A DNA stretch of 64,000 nucleotides from Deltaproteobacteria bacterium (GTDB taxonomy: Bacteria > Myxococcota_A > UBA796 > SXON01), in assembly GCA_947484175.1 (NCBI GenBank), contig CANKOI010000004.1, positions 3,407-67,406 on the forward strand, read 5' to 3'. The translations under genes and the position numbers were made by a program. Each line of letters begins with the position of its first letter. The first letter of the stretch is position 1. The notes under the pieces were generated by a model. That model saw nothing but the letters and a program-made list of their open reading frames with translations, was not told the DNA's origin and ran no database searches. This document shows positions 30,944 through 41,796 of this stretch, piece by piece.

Positions 30944-31408
30944 GTGGCGGCCTCGTTCGATCCCTACGCCGAGCTTCTGACGTTGGGCCGGGCCTTGGAT
31001 GCGGCCGGTCTTGAGTACGCGCTGTGCGGTGGGTTGGCGCTGGCCGTGTACGGCGCGCCGCGAGCCACGCGCGACATCGATCTGCTCGTCTCCCGCGAGC
31101 AGGTCGACGCCGTTCGGGCCCTTGCGCGCGAGCAGGGCTACACCTTCACCGCGCTGCCGATGACGCTGTCGAGCGGGATTCAGTTGTGGCGCGTGACCCG
31201 CCTTGTGGGTGCCCACCCGCTGATGCTGGACCTCCTCGTGCTTCCCGAGGGGCTTACCGAGGTGTTCGACCAGCGGGTGCGGCTGCCTGTGGAGGGCGGG
31301 AGCCTGCAGGTGGTCACGCTCGAGGGGTTGGTCGTGCTGAAGACCACGTCCGGTCGACCGCAGGACCTCGTCGATATTCAACGGTTGATGGAGTTGGAGC
31401 GTGGTTGA
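30944..31408 (+). CDS. Nucleotidyltransferase (AbiEii/DUF6036-like)
   Basis: YALCGGLALAVYGAPRATRDIDLLV, LK..SGRPQDLVDI. Confidence 0.85.
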   Translation: MAASFDPYAELLTLGRALDAAGLEYALCGGLALAVYGAPRATRDIDLLVSREQVDAVRALAREQGYTFTALPMTLSSGIQLWRVTRLVGAHPLMLDLLVLPEGLTEVFDQRVRLPVEGGSLQVVTLEGLVVLKTTSGRPQDLVDIQRLMELERG

Positions 31409-31589
31409 GCTGAGCGCCACGGCGGTAACGGCGCGCCTGCGGGAAGCCTGCGCTCTGTTGGCCGCGCCCGTGGTCCCGCCCGACCGGGGCGCCCCCACCG
31501 AGGCCGAGGTCACCGCGAGGCTGCGCGAAGCCTGTGGGTTGTGGGTTGCGTGCGCCGAGCTGGCCAAGCTGGGGCGCTCGGCGGGGTGA
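31401..31589 (+). CDS. Small partner protein with duplicated VTARLREAC motif
   Basis: Overlaps the NTase stop; GGAG SD; internal repeat. Confidence 0.6.
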   Translation: MVELSATAVTARLREACALLAAPVVPPDRGAPTEAEVTARLREACGLWVACAELAKLGRSAG

Positions 31590-31605
31590 GCGCGGGGCGG
31601 AGCCC

Positions 31606-33114
31606 CTACTTCACCTCCACAAACTCCTGCCCGAGCGCCTTCAAACCGGCCACGACGTCGACCGTCTTCTTGCCGCCCCCCTCCACGTCGACCTCGATCG
31701 TGCGCGGGCCGACGACGACCACGAGCAGCTTCCCCGAACCGAGCAGGGCGCGCGAGGCGTCCGCGACAGCCGCGGCGTCCACGCCCGCGACGTTGGCGCC
31801 GTAGCTGCGCCAGGCGTCGGCCGGCAGACCGAACCGCGGGACTTGGATGAACGCGCGGGCGGTCGACCCGCTGGTCTCGAAGTTGCCCGGCAGCGACTTC
31901 ACCAGCGAGTCGGCAGTGAGCTTCATTTCCGCCGCCGTGGGGGCACGCGCGGCCTGGGCGTTGAGCTCGTCGAAGATCACCTGCACGGACTCGGCGGTCT
32001 TGTCGGCCTGCACGCTGGTGCGGGCCTGAAACACGCCGTAGTCGCGGCTATCGCCGATGCCGGCGAAGGCGCCGTAGCTCCAGCCCTTCTCTTCGCGCAG
32101 CGCCATGTTCAGGCGCGAGCCGAACATGCCGCCGAAGAGCGTGGTGGCCAGTTGGGCCTTCCAGTAGTCGGGGGCGTTGCGGGCGGGCGCCAGCGAGCCG
32201 ACGCGGAGCACGCTCTGCACCGCGCCGGGCTGTTCTTGAAACACGATGCGGGTGTTGGGCGCGGGGGGCGGTGGCGCCACGGCGGCGCGCGTGCCCTTCC
32301 CGGCCTTCCACGTGCCGAAGCGAGCCTCGAGTTCGGCTTTCAGCGTGGCCTCGTCGATCTTGCCTGCCACCACGAACGTGGCGTTTCCAGCGTGGAACTG
32401 GTCGGCGTAGGCGCGTGTTGCGTCGGCCACCTTGAGCGACTCTACGCTCTTTTCGGTGCCGATCGACGCGAGACCGTACGGGTGGGAGGCGCCCCAGAGT
32501 TGTTCGCCGAAGAGGCGGCGGGCCACTTCGTTGGGCTCGGACTTTGCCGCGAGAATGCCGGCCACCACGTCGCTCTTCACGCGCGCAAACACCTTCTTGT
32601 CGAAGGCCGGGCGCAAGACCACGTCGGCGAGCAGGTCGAGGGAGGGGGCGAAGGTGGGGCCCGTGAGGGCATCCAGCGACACCACCACATTTTCGTCGCC
32701 CGCTTGGATGCCGAGCTCGGCGCCGAGCTTGGCGGCGTCGGCCGCGATGGTGGCGCCGTCGCGGGTCTTGGTGCCCTCATCCAGCATCGAGGCGGTGAGC
32801 GACAAGAGCCCCGCCTTGCCCACCGGGTTGGCTTCGCGCCCCACGCCGAGCACCAACTGCACGCTCACCAGGGGCAGGTCGCCCTGCTCCACGAGGTACA
32901 CGGGAATGCCGTTCTTCAGCTCAAAACGACTGGCGACGGGCGCGGACCAAGGCTTCTCCGCGCCGGGGGCGGGCTGGGTGGCACGCCAGGCTTCGGGGTC
33001 GGGCGGCGGCACCGGGGCCTCCACGACCACAGGCGCCTTCTTGGGGCCGCACGCCGCCAGCCCTGGCGCGAACAGCACGAGGGCCGCGAGGCCCGGCAGG
33101 AAACCCCGACTCAT
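31606..33114 (-). CDS. M16 peptidase, non-catalytic subunit (lipoprotein)
   Basis: LAAC lipobox, SRLNMALREEKGWSYG; no HxxEH. Confidence 0.9.
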   Translation of the reverse strand: MSRGFLPGLAALVLFAPGLAACGPKKAPVVVEAPVPPPDPEAWRATQPAPGAEKPWSAPVASRFELKNGIPVYLVEQGDLPLVSVQLVLGVGREANPVGKAGLLSLTASMLDEGTKTRDGATIAADAAKLGAELGIQAGDENVVVSLDALTGPTFAPSLDLLADVVLRPAFDKKVFARVKSDVVAGILAAKSEPNEVARRLFGEQLWGASHPYGLASIGTEKSVESLKVADATRAYADQFHAGNATFVVAGKIDEATLKAELEARFGTWKAGKGTRAAVAPPPPAPNTRIVFQEQPGAVQSVLRVGSLAPARNAPDYWKAQLATTLFGGMFGSRLNMALREEKGWSYGAFAGIGDSRDYGVFQARTSVQADKTAESVQVIFDELNAQAARAPTAAEMKLTADSLVKSLPGNFETSGSTARAFIQVPRFGLPADAWRSYGANVAGVDAAAVADASRALLGSGKLLVVVVGPRTIEVDVEGGGKKTVDVVAGLKALGQEFVEVK

Positions 33115-34445
33115 TTGGCACCCCCTTCCGACTTGGGGGCAGGTACGACAGCAACCACCACCCGATTGTCTTTGCGGACCGCATCGACGAAGGCCTTTTG
33201 GACGCCCTCGGGCGTGGCCGTTTCGTACCGTTCAAAGTCTTTGGCGAGGTAGCCCGGGTCGCCCACGTGGTGGTTGTAGTAGTCCAACGTGTCGGCCTTG
33301 CCGCCGAATCCGCCCAGCTCTTCGAGGCCGCGGAGCACCTTCGCTTTGGTGGACGTCCACGCCCGGTCGAGCTCGTCTTGCGCCGGGGGCGCCGCTCGGA
33401 GCCCCTCGATCACCTGCCATGCCTCGGCTTCGAGCTTGGCGGGCGCCTGGCCGGGCTTGCCGATGACTTCCACCGCGAACACCGAGCCGTAGGTGAGCGG
33501 GTACTGGTACGCGTTCACCGACTGCGCGATCTGCTTCTTCTCCACCAGCTCGCGGTACAGTCGGCTTGACTTCCCGTCGGCCAGAACCATCGCGGCCAGC
33601 TGGAGCTCGGCGTCGCCCTCCTTGAACACGGCGGGCGTCACCCAGCCCATGTACAGCTTGGGAAGCTCCACGTCGTCGGTGAGGTCGGCCCGCTTCTCCG
33701 CGGTGATCGGCGGGGCCATCTGGGTCGTCACCACGGGCTCGGCGCCCTTGGGGATGCTGGCGAAGTATTTGGCGACCGTGGCCTTCACCGTGCTCGTGTC
33801 GAAGTCGCCGCAGACCACCAGCGTGGCGTTGTTCGGCACGTACCAGGTGCGGAAGAAGGTCTTTACGTCGTCGAGGCTTGCGGCCTGCAGGTCTTCGTGC
33901 GTGCCGATCACGACCCCGTTGTAGGGGTGCGGTGCTGGAAAGAGAAGCTTAAAGAATTGTTCTTCGGCCACACCATAGGGCACGTTCTCGGTGCTCTGCT
34001 GGCGCTCCTTCCGCACCACGTCTTTCTGGTTGTCGAGCCGCTCCTGCGTGAGGGTGTCGAGCAGAAAGCCCATGCGGTCGCTCTCGAGCCACAGGGCGAG
34101 GTCGAGCTGGTTGCTGGGCACGGTTTCGAGGTAGTTCGTGCGGTCGAAGTCGGTGGTGCCGTTCACGAAGGTGGCGCCGGCCCCTTCGAGGATGGGGAAG
34201 AACTGGTCTTCGGGAACGTTGCGGCTGCCCTGGAACATGATGTGCTCGAAGAGGTGCGCAAACCCGCTGCGGCCGGGCAGCTCGTAGCCCCCGCCCACGT
34301 GGTACCAGATGTCGGTGGCCACCAGCGGCAGCCGCGGGTCGGGCGAGAGGATCACCTCCAGGCCGTTGTCGAGCGTGTACTTCTCGAAGGGGATCGAGGG
34401 CGGGGCTTCGGCTGCGAGCACCACGCCGAGGAGACTGAGGAACAA
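33111..34445 (-). CDS. M16 (pitrilysin-family) zinc peptidase, catalytic subunit
   Basis: GFAHLFEHIMF, NGTTDFDRTNY, ESDRM, YVPNNA. Confidence 0.95.
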   Translation of the reverse strand: MFLSLLGVVLAAEAPPSIPFEKYTLDNGLEVILSPDPRLPLVATDIWYHVGGGYELPGRSGFAHLFEHIMFQGSRNVPEDQFFPILEGAGATFVNGTTDFDRTNYLETVPSNQLDLALWLESDRMGFLLDTLTQERLDNQKDVVRKERQQSTENVPYGVAEEQFFKLLFPAPHPYNGVVIGTHEDLQAASLDDVKTFFRTWYVPNNATLVVCGDFDTSTVKATVAKYFASIPKGAEPVVTTQMAPPITAEKRADLTDDVELPKLYMGWVTPAVFKEGDAELQLAAMVLADGKSSRLYRELVEKKQIAQSVNAYQYPLTYGSVFAVEVIGKPGQAPAKLEAEAWQVIEGLRAAPPAQDELDRAWTSTKAKVLRGLEELGGFGGKADTLDYYNHHVGDPGYLAKDFERYETATPEGVQKAFVDAVRKDNRVVVAVVPAPKSEGGAK

Positions 34446-34525
34446 CGGACCTCCGGGGGAAGTTGGCAGGTATCGCCACGTTGCGGGCGCGTCGTGTTAA
34501 AACTGCTCCGCAGAGGGAACCTGCG

Positions 34526-35440
34526 ATGCTGCTCCTCGCCGTCGCTTTCGCCTTTGATACGGCCGACCCCTACGATCGGCTGCGCGGTTTCCCCAACGAA
34601 AACGACGACGGACCGGCCGACGTGGCACCGGTTGCGTATCGGCACGGCCAACCGGAGTCGGGCCGCGCGGCCCCGCGTCTGCAGATCGAGCGCGACACCG
34701 GCTGGACCGATCTCGCTGAGCCCGCCGAGGTCATCGACGCGGGCAGCTTCGGCGTCGTACGATTCGACCCGGTGTGCGCGGACGAGCCCACGGCCCGCTA
34801 CCGCATCACCTGGGGGTCGAGCGGGGATGAGCGCGACCGGGTCGAGTTCGGCGTGGACGAGCGGGTGGACGCTCTGGAGCCGCCGGCCCTCGTCGCGGCG
34901 GCGGCGTTCACCTGGACAGCGGCTTCGGACACCGGCGGGGTGTCGCCGCTGTGCGGGATCGACTTCCAGTTCGCGGGCGAGGCCGAGGCCGACTCCTATT
35001 GGGAGTGGACCAACGCCGAGCTGAGCGCTGCCGGCTGGGTGTTGTTCGCCCTCGATGCCGCGGGCGGCACCGTGTTCATGGAGGCCGACCGCACCTACAT
35101 CGCCAACTACAACGGCATGGTCGAGCCGAACCAGTCCTACGCTTTCGACGTGTACTGGGTCAGCCCGCAGGGTGCGTGGCTTGCCGCCGGGCATGTGGAG
35201 GGCGAGTCTGGCGACTGCGACGCGGTGGAGTTGCCGGTTGAGGAGATCGTCGACTCGGGCGAGCCCGCGCTCGACGAGTCCGGCACGGAAGCCACCGACG
35301 GCGAGGGCTGCGCCGCGGCAGCGGGCTGCGGGGGCGCAGGGGCTGCGGCGCTGGGCATGTTGCTCGCGGTGGGTGCGCGAATCGGGGGGAGCCGCGTGCG
35401 ACGAGGAGCCGGTCGCGTCGATTCGCCCTACGTCCCCTGA
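34526..35440 (+). CDS. Secreted acidic protein with MYXO-CTERM-like tail
   Basis: Signal peptide; ends EGCAAAAGCGGAGAAALGMLLAVGAR...RVRR. Confidence 0.6.
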   Translation: MLLLAVAFAFDTADPYDRLRGFPNENDDGPADVAPVAYRHGQPESGRAAPRLQIERDTGWTDLAEPAEVIDAGSFGVVRFDPVCADEPTARYRITWGSSGDERDRVEFGVDERVDALEPPALVAAAAFTWTAASDTGGVSPLCGIDFQFAGEAEADSYWEWTNAELSAAGWVLFALDAAGGTVFMEADRTYIANYNGMVEPNQSYAFDVYWVSPQGAWLAAGHVEGESGDCDAVELPVEEIVDSGEPALDESGTEATDGEGCAAAAGCGGAGAAALGMLLAVGARIGGSRVRRGAGRVDSPYVP

Positions 35441-36072
35441 GGACGCTCCACCCACCGCGCCAGCGCAGGCAACCCAAAATAAATGAACAGGCCGAGGAGC
35501 GCGGTGACGGCGATGTCTGTCGGCTGGGGGCCGTAGTAGCCGGCGACGCACAGGACGCCGAGCACGCCCGCGAGTACCCCTCGGCGCGCGCGCGAGACGT
35601 TGACTCCACCGCCGCGCGACCACAGCCAACCGCCGAGGACGAGCAACCCTGCTTCGAGAAGGAACGAGAGTTCTCGGTACTGCCAGAGTCCGAAGCCGAA
35701 CTTTGGGCTGAAGTTGTTGGAGTAGGGGAGGTCGGCCATGTGCATCGGGAGGTCGAGGAACCAATGGGAAGCCACGGCCAGGCCGGTGGCGACCGAAACC
35801 GCCGGACGCTGCAACAGGAGTTGCACGAGGAGACCCAAACCCACGCTCCAGGCGAGTGACGCGAGGAGCGAATGGCTGAAGACCACTTGTTCGAGGACGA
35901 GGCCGTTGCTGGCGGTGAAGCCCGGTTCGATGTGCGCGCTTTCGATGCCCGTGAGGACGAAGACTCCCCAGGCAATATCGATGGCCTGCACACCGGCGAA
36001 GAGGATCCACAGCGGGGTGCGTGGAAAGAGCGCCTTGATCGCGAGCGCGGGTGCGTAGTGACCGGCGAGCAT
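35428..36072 (-). CDS. Membrane protein, metal-dependent-hydrolase-like
   Basis: GHYAPAL, D.AW, FSHSL, SHWFLDLPMH..DLP, FGFGLW. Confidence 0.75.
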   Translation of the reverse strand: MLAGHYAPALAIKALFPRTPLWILFAGVQAIDIAWGVFVLTGIESAHIEPGFTASNGLVLEQVVFSHSLLASLAWSVGLGLLVQLLLQRPAVSVATGLAVASHWFLDLPMHMADLPYSNNFSPKFGFGLWQYRELSFLLEAGLLVLGGWLWSRGGGVNVSRARRGVLAGVLGVLCVAGYYGPQPTDIAVTALLGLFIYFGLPALARWVERPQGT

Positions 36073-36114
36073 GGCGGAACGGTACCACGATGCGGGCGCC
36101 GTCTCGCAGGTGGA

Positions 36115-37124
<1,010 letters not shown>

Positions 37125-37128
<4 letters not shown>

Positions 37129-37457
37129 ATCCCCGCCTTCTTGGCCGACTCACGCATCTGCATCCCGTGCACCAGCGAGGCTCCGCCCCGGATGGCCACG
37201 GCCACGTGCAACGCCTCCGTCATCTGCTCCAAGTCGGCCCCCTTGGCGAGCGACTCCGAGGTGTAGGCATCGATGCAGTAGGGGCATTGCACGGTGTGGG
37301 CCACGGCCAGGGCGATGAGGCACTTCTCGCGCTCGGTGAGCGCCCCTTCGGCGAACACCGCGTTGTAGTAGTCGAAGAACTTCTTGCCGAGCTCGGGGGA
37401 GGCGCTGCTCACCGAGCCAAAGCCTTCGAGGTGTTCGTGTTTGTAGTAGTCGGCCAT
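37125..37457 (-). CDS. AhpD/CMD peroxidase-like protein associated with ArsS
   Basis: FFDYYNAVFAEGALTEREK, QCPYCIDAY, AIRGGASLVHG. Confidence 0.88.
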
Positions 37458-37510
37458 GGGGGCGAGTGTAGGGCGGGGGGCGGGGGGCGGCAAGGGGGGA
37501 TTTCCCCGGC

Positions 37511-39178
37511 CTACTTCACCCGATACCCGCCCATCTCGTTATTAAAGATCCACGCCACCAGCTCGCCGATCTCGAAGTCGGTGGCCATGAAGCTCTTGAT
37601 GCTGGCGGCGGCGGAGCCTTCGTCTCGCAAGGTTGCACGGGCCGCGAGCATCTTCTCGCACCGTAGGCGCCAGCGTTCCATGTTCGGCGGACGCAGGTCG
37701 ATCCACCCCTTGTCGGCCCAGACATCCACCTTCACCGGATCGTCCAACCGTACGCTTTGTTTGTGTCCCTCCAACTCGGGGACATTGATCCGCGGCCCGC
37801 GGAGCAGGCGTTTTCCACCGGGGAGCAAAATCGGAATGCCGATCGAAGGCGCCGTACGCAGTGTCCCGGAGGGCTCGATGGCAGCTGCGCAGCGTGCGGA
37901 GAGCTCGGCCGCGTCGGCTGCCGCTACGGCCTCCAGCGAGCCGAACGCGGAGCGCAGCAGCTCGGCCTCGAACAACAACTTCGACAGCTCTGGCGGCCCA
38001 AGCCTCCCGAGCGCCACCGACGGGATGCCCGCCTCTTTCTCGGCGGCGGCGAGGTCGCGAATCGCCACGTTCCGCACGAGCCCGGCCTTGTACGATGGCG
38101 TCATCACCGCCCCGTCCATCGCGCTGATCGCGTCGTTGCCGGTGTTCGCGCCTCGGATTTCGAGCACCACCGTCATCGCGATCTCTTCGGGGGTGATGTA
38201 CTCCATCTGCCCGAGCGCGGTGATCGCCGCGAACTCGCCGCGGGTGAAGACGCCGTTCTCGCCTGTGTCCACCACCGGCACCCGCAACTTGCCCGCGCGC
38301 GTGTAGGCCTTGGTGTCCTCCCGCAGGCTCAGTTCGCCGGAGCAGTCCACCTCGTGCGCCTCGTAGAGATCGCTGTTGTCGTGTTTGTCGCGGGCCTCCA
38401 TCACTTGCACGGCGCGGTACCCGATCATCGCGGCCGGTTTGACCTCCTTCACGATGGGCGCATGGGGGGTGCGTGCCAGCAAGAACAGCAGTCCGGTGTG
38501 TCCGAACGCGGCTTCGTTCTTGGCGAGCAGCTTCTTGCTCGGGCGGTCTTCGCTGTGGGTGTAGGGGATGTTCAGCCCCATGCCACCGGTGCCGGTCGTG
38601 CCCACCTTGAGGTACACGCGGGTGGCGTACTCGGTGGTGGCCTGGTGCAGGAACCGCACGTGCCGGATGAGCTGCGGCACGCTCTGCGAGAGCAGGAACG
38701 TCTCGAGGTCCTCGATGCCCTTGCTGTCGAAGCCCCCCTCCTTGCCGATCCACGAACGAACTTTGGCCGCCCCGTCGAACACGTCCTGGTACGAGAAGCC
38801 GGTGGCGGTGTTCACGCAGTCAACGATCACCTCCGGGCGGTGGCGACGGATGAGGCTGACCAGATGGTTGTCCGCGTAGGCCACGTCGTAGTCGTCGTAG
38901 ACGGCGTTCAGGAGCGTGCGGCGGAGGTTCACGTCGCTGAGGATCGCGCCGCGCGTGAGCTGGGCCATGTCGCGCGGCACGAAAAGGTTGCCCCACGCCG
39001 GCACGAAGGCCACGCTGTCGCCAAATTCCCGCTCGAGGCGTTTGCAGGCGGCGACCGACTCGGTCTCCAAAAGCGAGGCCACCACGATTCGCCGGGGCGA
39101 GAGGTTCGCCACGATCTGCCGGCATACTTGGAGCCCGACCAGGCCCGCGCCGCCGAGGATGAGGAAGTCGTGGTACAC
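37511..39178 (-). CDS. Large NAD(P)-binding Rossmann-fold (SDR-like) protein of unknown function
   Basis: ILGGAGLVG; DCVNTAT, KVGTTGTGGMGLNIPYTHSE, IDTGENG-like blocks. Confidence 0.7.
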   Translation of the reverse strand: MYHDFLILGGAGLVGLQVCRQIVANLSPRRIVVASLLETESVAACKRLEREFGDSVAFVPAWGNLFVPRDMAQLTRGAILSDVNLRRTLLNAVYDDYDVAYADNHLVSLIRRHRPEVIVDCVNTATGFSYQDVFDGAAKVRSWIGKEGGFDSKGIEDLETFLLSQSVPQLIRHVRFLHQATTEYATRVYLKVGTTGTGGMGLNIPYTHSEDRPSKKLLAKNEAAFGHTGLLFLLARTPHAPIVKEVKPAAMIGYRAVQVMEARDKHDNSDLYEAHEVDCSGELSLREDTKAYTRAGKLRVPVVDTGENGVFTRGEFAAITALGQMEYITPEEIAMTVVLEIRGANTGNDAISAMDGAVMTPSYKAGLVRNVAIRDLAAAEKEAGIPSVALGRLGPPELSKLLFEAELLRSAFGSLEAVAAADAAELSARCAAAIEPSGTLRTAPSIGIPILLPGGKRLLRGPRINVPELEGHKQSVRLDDPVKVDVWADKGWIDLRPPNMERWRLRCEKMLAARATLRDEGSAAASIKSFMATDFEIGELVAWIFNNEMGGYRVK

Positions 39179-39309
39179 GGTCGCTCCGGGAGGGGGCGCC
39201 AGCCTATCCGGCAGCCGGGGTGTGGGCGATGCCCCGGGCCCGGCGACTCATCGAGCGTGGGCAGGTGGGCATCGCAGCGCCGTGGCGGGGCACCGGTTAG
39301 GACGGGCGA

Positions 39310-41223
39310 ATGAAGCTTACCGGGCGCGTCCTGTACCTCACCGACGAAGCTTCGCTTCTTGCGAGCCAGCTGGGGGGGGCCGACCTTCCGTGGTCGGGGC
39401 AGAGCCTTCACTACGGCGTGAACACCGACCTGATGATCAGCGGCGCGGCGTGCACGCTGGGCTACACCGGCGAGGTACTGGGCCCCTACTTCCTCGAAAA
39501 CTTTAAGGAACTGGTGCAGAAGGGCTCGGTTCAGTCGGGAGGGTTTCAGGTCATCGTGGGGGGCGATGCCTACGGGTCGGGCTCGTCGCGCGAGGTGGCG
39601 GTGGTGGCCCATCAGGGCGCGGGCATCGAGCTGGTCGTGGCGCGGAGCTTCCAGCGCATCTTCCAGGAGAACATGGTCTACGGCGGCATGCCCTTCACGA
39701 CCGACCTCGGCGTGGTGGAGCGGCTCCGCGGCGGCGAAGACGTAGACACCCGGCGCTTCTTCGAAGACTTGCCCCTGTTCTTCCGCTCGGTGGCCGAAGG
39801 CGGCGGGCTCTTGGAGTACGGCAAGCGGCTGCTATCGGGCGCGGTGCAGCCCACCTACGACGTGAACGTGCCGCCCCGCGCGCTCAACAGCGTGGAGAAG
39901 ATCATCGCCCGCCGCACATGGACGGGGGCTGGCGCCGACGGCATCGCCGACGTGAAGCCCGGCGACCAGGTGCTGTGTCGCACCGCGTTTCGCGGTGTGC
40001 ACGAGTACACGGCGGGCATGGTGGTGGCGCTCTACCGCGAGGCTTTTGGCGCCGCGCCGATGTACGCGCCGGAGCTCGTGGCTGCTTTCGAGGACCACTT
40101 CGTCCTCATCGACGAAGCCACGGTCCCGGAGAACGTGAAGAACGCCCGACTCGCGCCTGCCCGGCAGCTCACGATCGAGATGGTCGATGCCTGTGAGGAG
40201 TACGGCATCCGGCTGCACGGCCCCGGCCGCCCCTTCAAGGCCGGCGTGTGCCACCGCCTCGTCGTCGAGGACTACGCGAGCCCCGGCGACATCATCGTCC
40301 TCACCGACAGCCACACGCCCACCGCCGGAGTGCTCAACGCTTTTGCGTTCGGCGTGGGCAGCACCGCGATGGCCTTCGCCTTCCGCACCGGGCTCATCCC
40401 CGTCACCGTGCCCAAGGTGGTGCGCGTGGTGGTCGAAGGGGAGCCGCGCGGCGTGCTCTCGCCGAAGGACTTGATCCTCCACATCATCGGCGACCCCTAC
40501 TTCCGCGAAGAACACTGGCGCTCGGCGCCTACCGACACCTGCGTGATCCAGTTCGGCGGCCCCAGTCTTGAGCACTGGAACGTCGACGAGCTCTCGGTGC
40601 TCACCAACATGACGGTGGAGGGCGGCCTGATGACGGGCGTGGTGGAGCCTTGCCAGCCCATCGTCGACTTCTTGCGGTCGCGCCGCGGGGTGGACTGCAC
40701 GGCCGACCTCGTGCATGCCGATCCGGGCGCCCAGTACGAGCGCGTGATTCACGTGAACCTCGACGACGTCCCGCTCACCGTGGCCACCCCCGGCGACAGT
40801 CGCAACCGCGCCCGCCTCGACAGCGTGGAGAGCGTGGCCATCCACAACATCGTGATCGCCTCGTGTACGGGCGGCTCCCTCTCCGATCTGCGCGCCGCCG
40901 CCGACGTTCTGCGCGGCCAGCGCATGGCGCCGGGCGTTCGCATGACGGTCACCCCCTCGAGCGCCGACGTGGCCGCGTCGGCCGAGGCTGAAGGGCTGCT
41001 CGACCTGTTCCGAAGCGTGGGGGCGGTGGTGTCGCCGCCCGGCTGCGGCAGCTGCATCGGCAACGGTCCCGGGATTCCGCTCCCCGGCGAAACCACCGCC
41101 AGCACGACGAACCGCAACTTCGACCGGCGCATGGGCTCGGCGGGGCCGGTGTACCTCGTGAGCCCCGCGGTGGCTGCAGCCTCCGCCATCACCGGCAAGC
41201 TCACCGACCCGCGGCGGCTCTGA
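39310..41223 (+). CDS. Aconitase-family hydratase with N-terminal swivel (LeuD-like) fused to LeuC-like domain
   Basis: VNTD, GSGSSRE, FQRIF then EDH, GVCH, DSHT, SCTGG, PGCGSCIG, STTNRNF..RMG, YLVSP. Confidence 0.88.
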   Translation: MKLTGRVLYLTDEASLLASQLGGADLPWSGQSLHYGVNTDLMISGAACTLGYTGEVLGPYFLENFKELVQKGSVQSGGFQVIVGGDAYGSGSSREVAVVAHQGAGIELVVARSFQRIFQENMVYGGMPFTTDLGVVERLRGGEDVDTRRFFEDLPLFFRSVAEGGGLLEYGKRLLSGAVQPTYDVNVPPRALNSVEKIIARRTWTGAGADGIADVKPGDQVLCRTAFRGVHEYTAGMVVALYREAFGAAPMYAPELVAAFEDHFVLIDEATVPENVKNARLAPARQLTIEMVDACEEYGIRLHGPGRPFKAGVCHRLVVEDYASPGDIIVLTDSHTPTAGVLNAFAFGVGSTAMAFAFRTGLIPVTVPKVVRVVVEGEPRGVLSPKDLILHIIGDPYFREEHWRSAPTDTCVIQFGGPSLEHWNVDELSVLTNMTVEGGLMTGVVEPCQPIVDFLRSRRGVDCTADLVHADPGAQYERVIHVNLDDVPLTVATPGDSRNRARLDSVESVAIHNIVIASCTGGSLSDLRAAADVLRGQRMAPGVRMTVTPSSADVAASAEAEGLLDLFRSVGAVVSPPGCGSCIGNGPGIPLPGETTASTTNRNFDRRMGSAGPVYLVSPAVAAASAITGKLTDPRRL

Positions 41224-41239
41224 ACGATGCGCTGGCTCG

Positions 41240-41383
41240 GCCTACCGCCTGCGTGCGGATGTGCGCTACCGTTTCGGCGAGTTGGGCCTCGCCCGCGACG
41301 ACGCGGCGCGGGCCTGCGACCTCGGCGATGCTGATGGTTGCGTACTCAAAGCGAGAATGAAGGACGCGAAGCGGAAGAGGTAG
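41240..41383 (+). pseudogene. 3' remnant of a TPR/Sel1-like gene
   Basis: Frame reads AYRLRADVRYRFGELGLARDDAARACDLGDADGCVLKARMKDAKRKR-stop, with no convincing start. Confidence 0.45.
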
Positions 41384-41390
41384 GGCCGCC

Positions 41391-41732
41391 CTAAAACGCC
41401 TCCCTCAAGTAGTCCACGATCAGCTGCGCTTCCTCTTCGCTCACCGCGATGGCAGGCATCTCGTTGCGGCCCTGGCCGTTGAGGATGATGTCGATGAGCT
41501 GGTCATCGCTCTTCCGGTCGAGCTCGGCGGTGATGTCCGGGCCTTTGCCGGTCAGCCCCTTCCCGTCGTCGCCGTGGCAGCCGGAGCAGAACATGGTGTA
41601 GAGGCCAGCGCCGTCCGTGGGGCGGGCGGGGCCGGTGTCGGTGTCTTCGGCAGAGTCGATCTGCGCGCCGGTGACGGTATCGGCGGAGTCGGTGGAGGTG
41701 GCGCAGGCGAGGAGCAGGAGGAGGAGCGGCAA
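41391..41732 (-). CDS. Monoheme cytochrome c lipoprotein
   Basis: LLLLLAC lipobox, CSGCH, distal MP; start approximate. Confidence 0.85.
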   Translation of the reverse strand: MPLLLLLLACATSTDSADTVTGAQIDSAEDTDTGPARPTDGAGLYTMFCSGCHGDDGKGLTGKGPDITAELDRKSDDQLIDIILNGQGRNEMPAIAVSEEEAQLIVDYLREAF

Positions 41733-41796
41733 CGGGGTTCCGGGGAGCGCCCGCACCGTAGCCGCGGCGCCGCGCCTCCGCACCGCCAAAGGTCGG

